Shown: positions 19,885-28,836 of the stretch, piece after piece
Layout: every line of letters begins with the position of its first letter
Position numbering within the stretch: the first letter of the stretch is position 1
From: Candidatus Zixiibacteriota bacterium
GTDB taxonomy: Bacteria; Zixibacteria; MSB-5A5; GN15; FEB-12
NCBI GenBank assembly: GCA_041742355.1
Contig: JBGSIV010000225.1
Coordinates: forward strand, 1-28,836
DNA: 28,836 nucleotides
Direction: 5' to 3'
The notes under the pieces: generated by a model
Seen by the model: the letters and a program-made list of their open reading frames with translations, nothing else
What the model was told of the DNA's origin: nothing
The model's database searches: none
Position numbers and translations under genes: made by a program

Positions 19885-22266
19885 ATGCGTACGCTGCTTC
19901 TTCGACTTTGCGGGCCATTTCAGATCAGCGCCACCTTCCTGATCGGGCTGCTTCTGGCCGCCGCTCCGGCCGGCGCCGGTGTTCTTGAGGGGGTTGTATA
20001 TGATTCCGCCACCTTTCAACCGATCCCGCGGGTGACCATCCGTATCGAGGGAACCGGGCAGGCGATGCTCGGCAACGAGGACGGCCGTTACCGCCTCCGC
20101 CTCGAACCGGGGACCCATCGGATTCGCTTCAGTCATGTCGCGCATTACTCCACGACCATAGATGTGGAGATCGCCGACTCGCTGCTGACCCGCAATGTCT
20201 ACCTGCACTCGTCGGTGATCGAGTTGCCGGGAACCCGCGTGTATTCCCGCCAGTATGATCCCGCGCAGGAGATCATCGTCGAGGCTATTCGCCGCAAGAA
20301 GGAGTTGCTGGACAAAATCCAAGACTACCGATTCGATGCCTACACGAAGTTGGCGTTGCGGAAGCTAAAGGAAGACAAGGCCGACGAGTTCTTCCTCATT
20401 ACGGAGACTCAGCTGCAGGGCTGGTTCCGGCGCCCCGACGAGTACAAGGAGATAATCACCGCCCGCCGCCAGTCGGCCAATATCAAAGCCGACGATAACC
20501 TCATGACCGTGGGCGAGGTCTTCAACTTCAACGCCAACCGCATCGATCTCGGGCATCAGGCTATTGTCTCCCCCACCGCGACCGACGCCCTCGACTTCTA
20601 CAACTACTACCTCCTCGACACTGTCCTGGTCGACGGCGTCTCGGCCTTCCGCCTCGAAATCGAACCGAAAAACGACGTCCACCCGCTGTTTGTCGGCGAG
20701 ATACTCATTGCCGATTCGACATATGCCGTAGCGGGTGTCGATGTTGGGTTCAATTCCGCGTTTGAAATCCCCTTTGTCCGAAACCTCCGGTACAGCCAGC
20801 GAATCGCCCGATTCGAGGACGACATCTGGATGCCGGTAGAGATCCGCTTCGGGGGGGACATGAAGGTCCCACTGCTCCCCATACCCGATCTCACCGGGTA
20901 CTATGTGGCGATCCTCAGCAATGTGGAATTCAACCGTGGGGTACCGCCCGGTGTGTTCGATGAGTACGCCATCGAGGTTGTCACCGGGGCCGACGCCGTA
21001 GACTCCACGACCTGGGATCTCGGCGCCCTCGTTCCGCTGACCGAAGAGGAAGCTTCCGGTTACCAGCACATTGACTCGGTCGAGGGTCGCCCTCCGTCGT
21101 TGAAGAGCATCGCGACCGCGGCCCCATTTCTGGCGCTGGCCGCAACCACTTCTCCGGTCGTTTACCCATACTTCCACTTCACCAGTGTCGAGGGCCCGTA
21201 CCTGGGCGCCGGGTATACGTTTCGCGGCCTGATTCCGCGCTCGGAACTTTACGCGCGTACCGGTTGGGCGTTCGACGGCGAGTATTGGCAGCACCGCTAC
21301 CGGCTGCGGACCGAGCTCAATGAGCGAGCCAAGCTGTACTCATTCGTCGATTACCACGATTTGATTATCTCCCGCCCGGCCATTTTCAGCGGACGGGCCA
21401 ATCCGACCCTTTCCTCGCTCGCATTCAAGGTCGACGCACTGGACTACTACCTGGAAAAGGGATTCTCGGTCGGCTTCGGGTTCCAGCCGCTCCGTCACTT
21501 CAAGCTGGAGGCCGGCTATTGGGACGTCAATCAGTATTCTGTCGCCAACGCCACCGATTACGGTTTTGTCGGTGCAGATGAACACCATCGACGCAATCCG
21601 GGGATCGTCAACGGCCACCTCCGCTCGCTCACCGCGACGCTGGAGTATGATTCCCGTCAACTCATACGAACCAAGGGGCGCGACCTGCCGGTGGGGGAGT
21701 TGCCCTTCACCACGCTTGGGCTGGGCATTGAACAGGCCGACCCGGAAGTAATCGACAACGATTTCCACTTCCGGCGCTACTACCTGGATTTGTTTCACAT
21801 GCGACGCCTCGCCGGCTGGGGGACAACTCTCCTGCGCATTTATGCCGGCGGCTCCGACCGAGCTCTCCCGCCCCAGCGTTACTTTACGTTTGACTATGGC
21901 GAGGCCCTCGGGTCGTATAGTTCACAGTTCAAAACTTTCAACGAAACCAACTTCACCGGTGACCGCGCCGCCATGGGCTATCTCAGCCATGATTTCGGCG
22001 CGACCCTATTCCGCCGCTCCCGCCTGCCACTGATCGAGCGCATCCCGTTCTCGCTCCTGCTCTATGGCGGCGCTTTCTGGAGCGACTTCCGGGATGCTTC
22101 GATCAAGCTCCCCGGCGAATCGCTGGTTGCCGCCCCGGATTGGTACTCGGAGATTGGCGTCGGTCTCGGGCGCATCCCTCCGCTCTTCTTCCAGGTCTTT
22201 TTCACCTGGCAGCTCTCGACATATGACACGAACCGGTTCAGCGTTGATTTGAACATCGGCTTCTGA
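19885..22266 (+). CDS. outer-membrane protein with N-terminal CarboxypepD_reg-like domain (DUF5686 family)
   Basis: Signal peptide; GVVYDSATFQPIP...NEDGRYRL...RIRFSHV.H; AQEIIVEAIRRK; SP....ALDFYNYYLLDT; amphipathic beta strands; C-terminal Phe (NIGF). Family recognised by eye. Confidence 0.8.
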   Translation: MRTLLLRLCGPFQISATFLIGLLLAAAPAGAGVLEGVVYDSATFQPIPRVTIRIEGTGQAMLGNEDGRYRLRLEPGTHRIRFSHVAHYSTTIDVEIADSLLTRNVYLHSSVIELPGTRVYSRQYDPAQEIIVEAIRRKKELLDKIQDYRFDAYTKLALRKLKEDKADEFFLITETQLQGWFRRPDEYKEIITARRQSANIKADDNLMTVGEVFNFNANRIDLGHQAIVSPTATDALDFYNYYLLDTVLVDGVSAFRLEIEPKNDVHPLFVGEILIADSTYAVAGVDVGFNSAFEIPFVRNLRYSQRIARFEDDIWMPVEIRFGGDMKVPLLPIPDLTGYYVAILSNVEFNRGVPPGVFDEYAIEVVTGADAVDSTTWDLGALVPLTEEEASGYQHIDSVEGRPPSLKSIATAAPFLALAATTSPVVYPYFHFTSVEGPYLGAGYTFRGLIPRSELYARTGWAFDGEYWQHRYRLRTELNERAKLYSFVDYHDLIISRPAIFSGRANPTLSSLAFKVDALDYYLEKGFSVGFGFQPLRHFKLEAGYWDVNQYSVANATDYGFVGADEHHRRNPGIVNGHLRSLTATLEYDSRQLIRTKGRDLPVGELPFTTLGLGIEQADPEVIDNDFHFRRYYLDLFHMRRLAGWGTTLLRIYAGGSDRALPPQRYFTFDYGEALGSYSSQFKTFNETNFTGDRAAMGYLSHDFGATLFRRSRLPLIERIPFSLLLYGGAFWSDFRDASIKLPGESLVAAPDWYSEIGVGLGRIPPLFFQVFFTWQLSTYDTNRFSVDLNIGF

Positions 22267-22305
22267 GAGCTCCGGGGGCCGCCGGCGAGATACGCACAAA
22301 CGGAA

Positions 22306-22334
22306 ACAGGGGTCGCCAACGAGGCGGCCCCTGT
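22306..22334. terminator. hairpin terminator between convergent genes
   Basis: 12-bp stem ACAGGGGTCGCC/GGCGGCCCCTGT (one G-U pair) with 5-nt loop. TTCCGTTT follows on the minus strand after degP. Confidence 0.7.
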
Positions 22335-22358
22335 CCTGATTCAGGCTGAAGCGTCGCT

Positions 22359-23843
22359 TTACAGCGTGTAGCTTACAAAAAAGTAGGCCCCCTCGCGCTG
22401 GATCCGCAGGAGAATCGGATTCCCCTTCTCCAGATCCGCAACGAGGCTGCGGAATTCGTCGACCGAACGAACCGTCCGGCGATTGACCGAACGAATGACA
22501 TCCCCTTCGCGCAGGTTCGCCGAGGCGGCGGAGCTTGAGGGATCCACCGATGTCACAACCACTCCCGCGTCGTCCCCGGGTGCAAGACCGTACTTGCGCG
22601 CGGCCTCGGGGGTAATGTCGGTCACCGAGAAGCCGAGCAGCTGGTTCGGAGTCGCCTGACCACCCGGCTGCAATCCGGCGCCGTCATCTGGTAATTCCCC
22701 CAGTCGGACTTCGACTTCTTCAGTCGAGCCGTTCTGGACCACAGTCAGACTGACGTCTTCCCCCGGAGGGGTCGAGGCAATGCGGTAGCGCAGTTCCGTC
22801 ATATTCTCGACCCCCTGGCCCTGGAACTCGAGGATAACGTCGCCGTCCTCAAGCCCGGCCTTGTCGGCCGGACCACCCGGAACGACTTCACCGATGATCG
22901 CTCCCTTTGTCGTATTGAGGCCAAGCGCCTGGCTCATCGCCGGGGTGATGTCCTGAATGGACACACCCAGCCAGCCTCGGACCACCTCACCGTCGCTGAT
23001 GAGCTGCTCCATCACGTAGCGAACCATGTTCACCGGGACAGCGAAACCAATCCCCTGGTAGCCGCCGGAACGGGTGGCGATCGCGGTGTTGATCCCGATC
23101 ACCTCGCCATCGAGATTGATGAGGGGCCCGCCGGAGTTGCCGGGGTTGATAGCGGCGTCGGTCTGAATGAAGTCTTCATAGTCGGCCAGTCCGACATTGG
23201 AGCGCCCCTTGGCGCTTACGATGCCCTGCGTGACACTCTGGGCCAGCTCCGCCGAGAGCGGGCTCCCCACCGCCAGCACCCACTCACCGACCTTGATGTT
23301 ATCGCTGTTGCCCAATTTAATCGGCCGGAGGTCGTCGGCTTCGATCTGCAACACGGCGATATCTGTCTTTGGGTCGGCGCCGATGACTTTGGCCGCATAC
23401 TGCTGGTTATCGGAGGTGCGGACGAAAATCGTATCGGCGTCGGCGATGACGTGGTTGTTGGTGACGATGTAGCCCTCCTGACTGATGATTACGCCCGAAC
23501 CGAGCCCGCGCTGGCGGTATTCCTGTTCGGGCTGCTGGCCGCGGGGTCCGCCGAAGAATTCGTCAAAGAATCCGCCGAACGGACTCTGCCCAAATGGGTT
23601 GCGCATGCGCATGACTTTTTCGGAGAAGACGGTCACGACCGACGGCTTGGCTTCGTCGGCAATGTCGACAAACGCGTTGCTCAGGTCGCGCAGCGACTGC
23701 AGCGGGCGGTCAGCCGCGTCCGAGGTGCGCTGCACCTGTGCCTGGACTGCGCCGGACTGATTGAGATAATCGGTGGTGATTCCGGCGGTCGCAAGCAGAG
23801 CCAGGATAATCAGTATCGGATTGAGAATCCGTGATCGACTCAT
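22359..23843 (-). CDS. degP: DegP/DegQ (HtrA) periplasmic serine protease with two PDZ domains
   Basis: GLGSGVI; catalytic triad TNNHV, KTDIA and IQTDAAINPGNSGGPL; RGWLGV PDZ1 and a second PDZ. AAGGAG RBS favours ATG 23843. Confidence 0.95.
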   Translation of the reverse strand: MSRSRILNPILIILALLATAGITTDYLNQSGAVQAQVQRTSDAADRPLQSLRDLSNAFVDIADEAKPSVVTVFSEKVMRMRNPFGQSPFGGFFDEFFGGPRGQQPEQEYRQRGLGSGVIISQEGYIVTNNHVIADADTIFVRTSDNQQYAAKVIGADPKTDIAVLQIEADDLRPIKLGNSDNIKVGEWVLAVGSPLSAELAQSVTQGIVSAKGRSNVGLADYEDFIQTDAAINPGNSGGPLINLDGEVIGINTAIATRSGGYQGIGFAVPVNMVRYVMEQLISDGEVVRGWLGVSIQDITPAMSQALGLNTTKGAIIGEVVPGGPADKAGLEDGDVILEFQGQGVENMTELRYRIASTPPGEDVSLTVVQNGSTEEVEVRLGELPDDGAGLQPGGQATPNQLLGFSVTDITPEAARKYGLAPGDDAGVVVTSVDPSSSAASANLREGDVIRSVNRRTVRSVDEFRSLVADLEKGNPILLRIQREGAYFFVSYTL

Positions 23844-23992
23844 ACGCTTGATACTCCTTTTCACTGCGTTGCTTCAGAAACACTCGCTCCTACATATTAC
23901 ACACATCTCGCGCCCGGGTTTCAGGATCTGCTCCGCGAGAAGGACCATCTGAAGGTATTGCCTTTGGGTCGCCCGACAGGCATATTGCAGGC

Positions 23993-25414
23993 ATGACAAC
24001 CGGCGAGGTACAATTGCAGAACCCTTCCAACAGGGCGGATTGGGCGACCGCGGCGCTGCTGCTGCTGCTGTTCGTTCCGGCCGTCATGCTGGCTTTCAGC
24101 TACCGGCCCACCATAGCGCTGGCGTACTTCGGCCTGTTGGCAGGCATCGGGTTACTGGCTTACCCGAGGTTGCTCTTTTACCTGTTCGTGCTCTCAACTG
24201 CCCTTCTTCTGCCCACTTCTCTTAAAAACAACATTGATGTAAGTCCGTTCGACATTATTCTGGCGGCGCTGTTTGGGGTAACGGCCCTGGAATTTCTGCT
24301 GCGCGGGGAGACCGGCATTCGCGCCACCGGTTTGGACCTGCCGTTTATCCTCCTGATTGCGGCCACAATTGTATCTGCGGTCTTTGCCTACGACCCGTCC
24401 TACTCGATTGTCCCGATCGCCCGCATCATTATAGTGTATATTGCCTTCCGGATGGCCTTTCGCTACGCCGCCGATATTGGCGTTCGGCGTATCACATTAT
24501 TTTACATCTACTTAGTGGTTGCCCATTCCATTCTGAATGTCATTATCTTTCTCGCCCAAGGTGGCCGGGAGCGGGTATTCGGCCCGGCGTGGCTCGGCTA
24601 TGAGACGCTGGCCATGACCGCTCTGCCGATGAGTTTCGCCTATCTCATTTGGGCCCAGCGGGTTTCGGAACGGGCCTGGTTCGCCGTGATGGGCGTGAGC
24701 ATCGGATTGGGTTTGCTGGCCTCCGGCTCCCGCGGCCCGATGCTCGCGGTGGTGGTATGTATTCCGATCCTGCTCTTTTTTGCATGGCGCAAGGCCCGGC
24801 GGGAAAAGTCCGCCACGGTCCTGCGGATCATGCGCGGCATTTTGATCCCGCTGGTCGTGCTGGTCGCTCTCGTCGTCGCTTTCCAGGAGACGGTTTTCAC
24901 GGGGGTCATCGAACGACTGGCCAGCCTGGTAGATTCGCTGAAGAATCCGCAGGAGACCGTTCTCCTGCGGCTGGTCCTCGGTAAGGCGGCGGTCAGGGCG
25001 TTTCTCTCGGATCCGCTTACGGGAATCGGCATCGGCAATTTCCGCATTGTTGACCAAGTGGTGCCCGAGATGCGCATGGAGCCAGTCTGGTTCTACATTC
25101 GCGGGATGTCGGCGCACAACGTGATCCTCCATTACCTTGCCGAAACCGGCCTGATCGGCGCCGTGTCTCTTTTGGCCCTGGCGTTTACCGGTCTCAGGGC
25201 CGCCTATCGCGGATTTCGCCGGCGGATGAGCGACTACGATCAGCAGACTGCTGCCGCTATCTTCGTGGGAATGATCGTCTTTGGCGTGACCCTGCTCTAC
25301 ATGCGGGCCTGGACGTGGGGGCAAGGCGGGTACATCATGGCGATCCTCTTCGGCCTGACCGCTGCGTGGAACGCGGGGCCGAAAGGCGGGCCTGAATCCG
25401 ACCAAGACCGGTAA
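23993..25414 (+). CDS. O-antigen ligase / Wzy_C family membrane protein
   Basis: About 12 TMs; SGSRGP; R(L)VLGKAAVRAF..DPLTGIGIGNF and AHNVILHYLAETGLIG motifs. Confidence 0.88.
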   Translation: MTTGEVQLQNPSNRADWATAALLLLLFVPAVMLAFSYRPTIALAYFGLLAGIGLLAYPRLLFYLFVLSTALLLPTSLKNNIDVSPFDIILAALFGVTALEFLLRGETGIRATGLDLPFILLIAATIVSAVFAYDPSYSIVPIARIIIVYIAFRMAFRYAADIGVRRITLFYIYLVVAHSILNVIIFLAQGGRERVFGPAWLGYETLAMTALPMSFAYLIWAQRVSERAWFAVMGVSIGLGLLASGSRGPMLAVVVCIPILLFFAWRKARREKSATVLRIMRGILIPLVVLVALVVAFQETVFTGVIERLASLVDSLKNPQETVLLRLVLGKAAVRAFLSDPLTGIGIGNFRIVDQVVPEMRMEPVWFYIRGMSAHNVILHYLAETGLIGAVSLLALAFTGLRAAYRGFRRRMSDYDQQTAAAIFVGMIVFGVTLLYMRAWTWGQGGYIMAILFGLTAAWNAGPKGGPESDQDR

Positions 25415-26585
25415 GCGTCGCCCGGCCACCGCTGTCGCGACGGTTACGCCACAGCACAAGCACGAACACTAACGTCGCTCCCAGATGCAGCCCAAAAATC
25501 ACCCAGTTGCCATCCCGCCACTTCCGGTATTCAAAGTCCGGGAAAGCCGCCAGTGCGAGCCCGATTCCCACAAGGCAAATGAGAGGCGGTCCAGCTACCA
25601 AAACCCAGCGGGGTCGTTCCCTCCAAAAAGCTGTCAGGGCTTCGTGATGCTGTCGCAGGAAGACTAACGCCAACGGAATGAGGAAGAGAAAGGGCGGGAA
25701 GAACAGCCGCGATTCGCGGGCTTGCATGAAGAGGAGGGTGGGTACGGTAAATCCGAGTATCGTTACTGTGGCACCGAACCGCAGCACGTCGTAGTATCGG
25801 GGTGAGTCAAACTGCGAGGATCGAAACATTTGGTACAGCCCTATCGGCCAAAGCACGCCCAGTCCGGCAACCAGCGAGAAGATTGTATCGCGACTCCGGA
25901 CCAACGATGCGAAGTTGAAGGTTAGCAGGTGCGCCCGCTGATCCCACTCCCAGTCTCCCGGTCCGAGGCCGGCTCCGGTCCAGAAGGTCCGCGCCAGTGC
26001 TGCCGTGCCCATGACCGCGAGGGCCACGGCCGCCAGAGACCAAGCGGTGTATCGTGTCCGCATATAGATGAGCGCCAGCCAGGGGAGCAGGAAGATGGCG
26101 CTCGTCTCGCGGGCGAGTATCGCCGCGGCAAGCCAGATCGCGCTCAGCAGAATCCTGCCTGCAACAGCTGCCGAGAACGCCAGCGGAAGGAGCAGGTACA
26201 CCCAGATGTCTCCCCAGGTGAAGATCGGAGCAAAGTGCGCCAGAAGCACGGGCAGGGAGAGATAGAACAAAGTCATGCCGAGCAGACCCTCCCGCAACGA
26301 GAACCCCTGTCGCCTCAACCACCCGGCGAGAGCCGGGCCGCACAGCAGCAGCAGAGTATATTGCAGGGCGAAAAATGACGTACGGTAGCCCCACCCGGTT
26401 GCCTCGTGCAGCAGCACCACTGCAGAAGTATTCAACGGGCGGACCGCAAATGACGGCTTGGTCTGGTGGTACGTCACGCGCTCGGCCCAGCCGGCCTCGG
26501 ATTCACGCAGGGTGCTCGGTGCGACGAAGTGGAGAAGCAGCGACAGAAGCGTCAGGCCCGCAGCAACGATCCAGACCGTCGCCAT
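25335..26585 (-). CDS. uncharacterised polytopic membrane protein (possibly GT-C fold glycosyltransferase)
   Basis: About 11-12 hydrophobic segments with PSFAVRPL, TWGDIW, LARET and RESRLFFP. Start is ATG 26585 or TTG 26603. 3' end overlaps the ligase gene by 80 nt. Confidence 0.7.
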   Translation of the reverse strand: MATVWIVAAGLTLLSLLLHFVAPSTLRESEAGWAERVTYHQTKPSFAVRPLNTSAVVLLHEATGWGYRTSFFALQYTLLLLCGPALAGWLRRQGFSLREGLLGMTLFYLSLPVLLAHFAPIFTWGDIWVYLLLPLAFSAAVAGRILLSAIWLAAAILARETSAIFLLPWLALIYMRTRYTAWSLAAVALAVMGTAALARTFWTGAGLGPGDWEWDQRAHLLTFNFASLVRSRDTIFSLVAGLGVLWPIGLYQMFRSSQFDSPRYYDVLRFGATVTILGFTVPTLLFMQARESRLFFPPFLFLIPLALVFLRQHHEALTAFWRERPRWVLVAGPPLICLVGIGLALAAFPDFEYRKWRDGNWVIFGLHLGATLVFVLVLWRNRRDSGGRATLTGLGRIQARLSAPRSTQRSGRRGSP

Positions 26586-26697
26586 GGAACCCGGACGAGA
26601 CAAATATCCGATCTCCGCGACGGTTACATACAGGGAAATGGACAGGAGGTGGGACCGCGGCAATCCGCGGCCATCAGGCGAGAAGTGCTTCGGCCTG

Positions 26698-26726
26698 AGT
26701 ATACGAACCCCGGGACCGAAGGTCAA
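26698..26726 (-). promoter_or_regulatory. sigma70-like promoter for the membrane-protein gene
   Basis: TTGACC (26721-26726), 17-nt spacer, TATACT (26698-26703). It lies inside the ORF-track N-terminal extension, supporting the later start. Confidence 0.65.
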
Positions 26727-26931
26727 GAAAGATGTGTGCAATCCACTATACTTTACAAAACGCAGTTCGGGAAGCTGCAAGTCCCGGTAACGCGCTCAAC
26801 AGGTCAACGAAAACCCGACTCGGCGTACTCCTGTTTTCATCGGGGCTGCTCCCCTTGTTGATTGTGCCCGGCCATCCGATACTCCAGTATAGAAGAGTGT
26901 CGATTGTGCCCATTACACGAAGGAGCTGTTC

Positions 26932-27738
26932 ATGCTTCGTTCTATCGCCCCCAAGACAGCGGTGATCCTCCTGCCGCTCGCCTTCATCGTTATGCAGTGC
27001 AGCGACAGCCTGACGACCGATATCGTCAATCCGCCCGACAACGATTCGACGGCCATACTTGCCGATCACAGCAGCACGGCCGCGTTTGCGGAAATTCCTT
27101 CCGGCGTCCTCGAGTTGGTGCGGGACAGCCTTGTGATATTCTACGGGCACACGTCGCACGGCAGCCAGTTGCTCACCGGCGTGGGAATGCTGGCGGCGGA
27201 AGACGCTCAGTATGAGGGGCCGTCGATCGAGGAATATGGCGACGATCTCGGCGGTTCCGGCGACACGTCATGGGCGGCTGAGATGCGCGCCCGTCTGAAT
27301 AATAACACTGACATCAATGTAATGATGTGGTCGTGGTGTGGTGGCTGCTCGGAAAACACCGAGGCGGGTATCGACGCCTATCTGGCCGCCCTGTCTGACC
27401 TTGAGGCGGATTACCCCGATGTAGCGTTTGTGTACATGACCGGTCACCTCGACGGCACCGGGCCGGACGGCAACCTGTACGCCCGCAACAACCAGATCCG
27501 GGCATTCTGCGCCGCGCACGGCAAGATTCTCTTCGACTTCGCCGATATCGAAAGCTATGACCCGGCGGGCACCTACTACCCGGACGAGACCGATGCGTGC
27601 GCATGGTGCCAGACCTGGTGTGCCGGTCACACGTGTGCCAGTTGCGACGGGTGTGCCCACTCCGAGTGCTTCAATTGCTACCGCAAGGGACAGGCGTTTT
27701 GGTGGATGATGGCGCGATTGGTCGGGTGGAATGGGTGA
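26932..27738 (+). CDS. hypothetical Cys-rich putative lipoprotein (SGNH-hydrolase-like by inspection)
   Basis: AAGGAG RBS; signal ending FIVMQC; YGHTSHGSQ, WSWCG, YMTGH, RNNQIR and LFDFADIESYDP; Cys-rich segment with CAHS. Confidence 0.8.
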   Translation: MLRSIAPKTAVILLPLAFIVMQCSDSLTTDIVNPPDNDSTAILADHSSTAAFAEIPSGVLELVRDSLVIFYGHTSHGSQLLTGVGMLAAEDAQYEGPSIEEYGDDLGGSGDTSWAAEMRARLNNNTDINVMMWSWCGGCSENTEAGIDAYLAALSDLEADYPDVAFVYMTGHLDGTGPDGNLYARNNQIRAFCAAHGKILFDFADIESYDPAGTYYPDETDACAWCQTWCAGHTCASCDGCAHSECFNCYRKGQAFWWMMARLVGWNG

Positions 27739-27818
27739 TTCATCCGTTCTAAAGCGAGCTGCTGAATATGGCCGTCGCGAGAGCGTAGTATCCACGGAAC
27801 GACATTCTGGAGATTTGT

Positions 27819-28049
27819 ATGGACGCTTCCACTCTGTTCATCGTGGCTGCTGTTGGATGTTTTGCCATCGTGCCATTCGTGCCCGCGCTCATGCGTCTGC
27901 GCATCAGCATCCTCCGGTTCTTCCGTTGGTCATGGCTGGCCGTTTTGCACCAGAACCATTTCAACGGCTTCGTGCTTTTCGCGCGGATCGTGATCTTTCT
28001 GGCCGGCATTGTGTCGCTCGTCTTTGCCTATATCGGATGGCCCGCGTGA
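27819..28049 (+). CDS. small hypothetical membrane protein (76 aa, two TMs)
   Basis: GGAG RBS 6 nt before ATG; two hydrophobic helices flanking a basic amphipathic segment. Confidence 0.6.
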   Translation: MDASTLFIVAAVGCFAIVPFVPALMRLRISILRFFRWSWLAVLHQNHFNGFVLFARIVIFLAGIVSLVFAYIGWPA

Positions 28050-28060
28050 CCAGACCGGTT

Positions 28061-28468
28061 GATCTGCTGGAGATCTTCGGGGCCGAAGAAGGGCTTCGCC
28101 TTTTTCGCCACCCGAAGCAGACAGACCCTCTTCATCGGGATCTCCCCAGTGCAGAGCCCCTGGGCTACCAGGAAGTTCCAGAAGACTATAGAGACGCGAA
28201 GGCGGCCGTTGACGGTCTCATCTGACGCGCTGCCTTGAAGGTCATGATGCAGGCCTGAATTTCCTCTCGGCCAACATCCAGGAGAGTTAGTTCCTGCCCC
28301 GTCGAATACCGGGTGATATAGCCCATTCGTTCAGGCAGCGGTCTATCGTCTTCGCAGAGAGGTTCCGCAGTTGTAGTTCAAAGACGAATGAATGAAGCAG
28401 TGCCGAATCAGGCCGCTTCTCCAAATTCAACTCGTCGGAGCTGTCGGGCAGGATGGGTTGTCTGTCAT
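28061..28468 (-). pseudogene. frameshifted, truncated tyrosine recombinase/integrase (N-terminal SAM-like/core-binding part)
   Basis: AAGGAG (28475-28480) then ATG 28468. Fragments in different frames: FVFELQLRNLSAKTID, LLDVGREEIQACIMTFK and SDETVNGRLRVSIVFWNFLVAQGLCTGEIPMKRVCLLRVAKKAKPFFGPEDLQQI (28061-28225). These resemble XerC/D-like N-terminal regions. No catalytic domain; adjacent to the tRNA 3' end. Confidence 0.75.
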
Positions 28469-28579
28469 CGCAGACTCCTTGTGTCAGCTGCCCCGCTGGT
28501 TTGGCACGATATCAGAGGCCCAGTGGATCTGGTGTCGGCGATCGATTCTGCTGTAAGTGATTGTCAGAAAAAGAAAAAA

Positions 28580-28652
<73 letters not shown>

Positions 28653-28697
28653 ATTCGAAAATCTGTCATTCGCCCCGGCGAACCGGAACGGGCTGAT

Positions 28698-28726
28698 AGT
28701 ATAGGCCCCCCCTGCCCCAAAATCAA
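28698..28726 (-). promoter_or_regulatory. sigma70-like promoter of tRNA-Lys
   Basis: TTGATT (28721-28726), 17-nt spacer, TATACT (28698-28703), with an upstream A-tract. Confidence 0.7.
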
Positions 28727-28836
28727 GCCCTTTTTCGCCATCAGGCAACCGTAATGGCAAACGCCGCGACGATCGTCCCGCAGCGGCGTGGCCACATCTT
28801 GACCGGTTCGGGTGCAGCACGTTCGCCGCTCACAGC

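Noticed and set aside
27595..27680. c-type heme motif in the Cys-rich lipoprotein
   Set aside because: The pattern is CxxCxH (CDGCAH), not CxxCH.
22267..28579. Second att site (duplicate of the tRNA-Lys 3' end) delimiting an island
   Set aside because: No convincing copy found by eye. A short GCGCCAGC match near 26072 lies inside a CDS and is expected by chance.

Overview
GC-rich bacterial window, probably from the FCB superphylum (inferred from the DUF5686-type outer-membrane protein, the ACIII-caa3 cluster layout and frequent D-S/T motifs; a Zixibacteria-like lineage is only a guess). Positions 1-19653 are one co-directional minus-strand energy-conservation cluster. In transcription order it holds: heme O synthase (ctaB); alternative complex III (actABCDEF plus an actG-like gene); a SCO protein; a type A2 caa3 cytochrome c oxidase (subunits II, I, III, IV); heme A synthase; a second SCO; DUF420; and the F1Fo ATP synthase operon (atpZ-like, atpI, B, E, F, H, with atpA cut by the left edge). 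The right third holds a CarboxypepD_reg/DUF5686-type outer-membrane protein, a DegP/HtrA protease, an O-antigen-ligase-family protein, an unknown polytopic (possibly GT-C) membrane protein, a Cys-rich putative lipoprotein, a small membrane ORF and tRNA-Lys(CTT). Two signals are not explained by the ORF track: a frameshifted tyrosine-integrase remnant beside the tRNA 3' end, and a long C-terminal tail on oxidase subunit IV packed with FCB-type O-glycosylation sequons. Several sigma70-like promoters can be read directly. Most of the window is known respiratory machinery. I cannot claim a confirmed new system; the novel-looking items are hypotheses.
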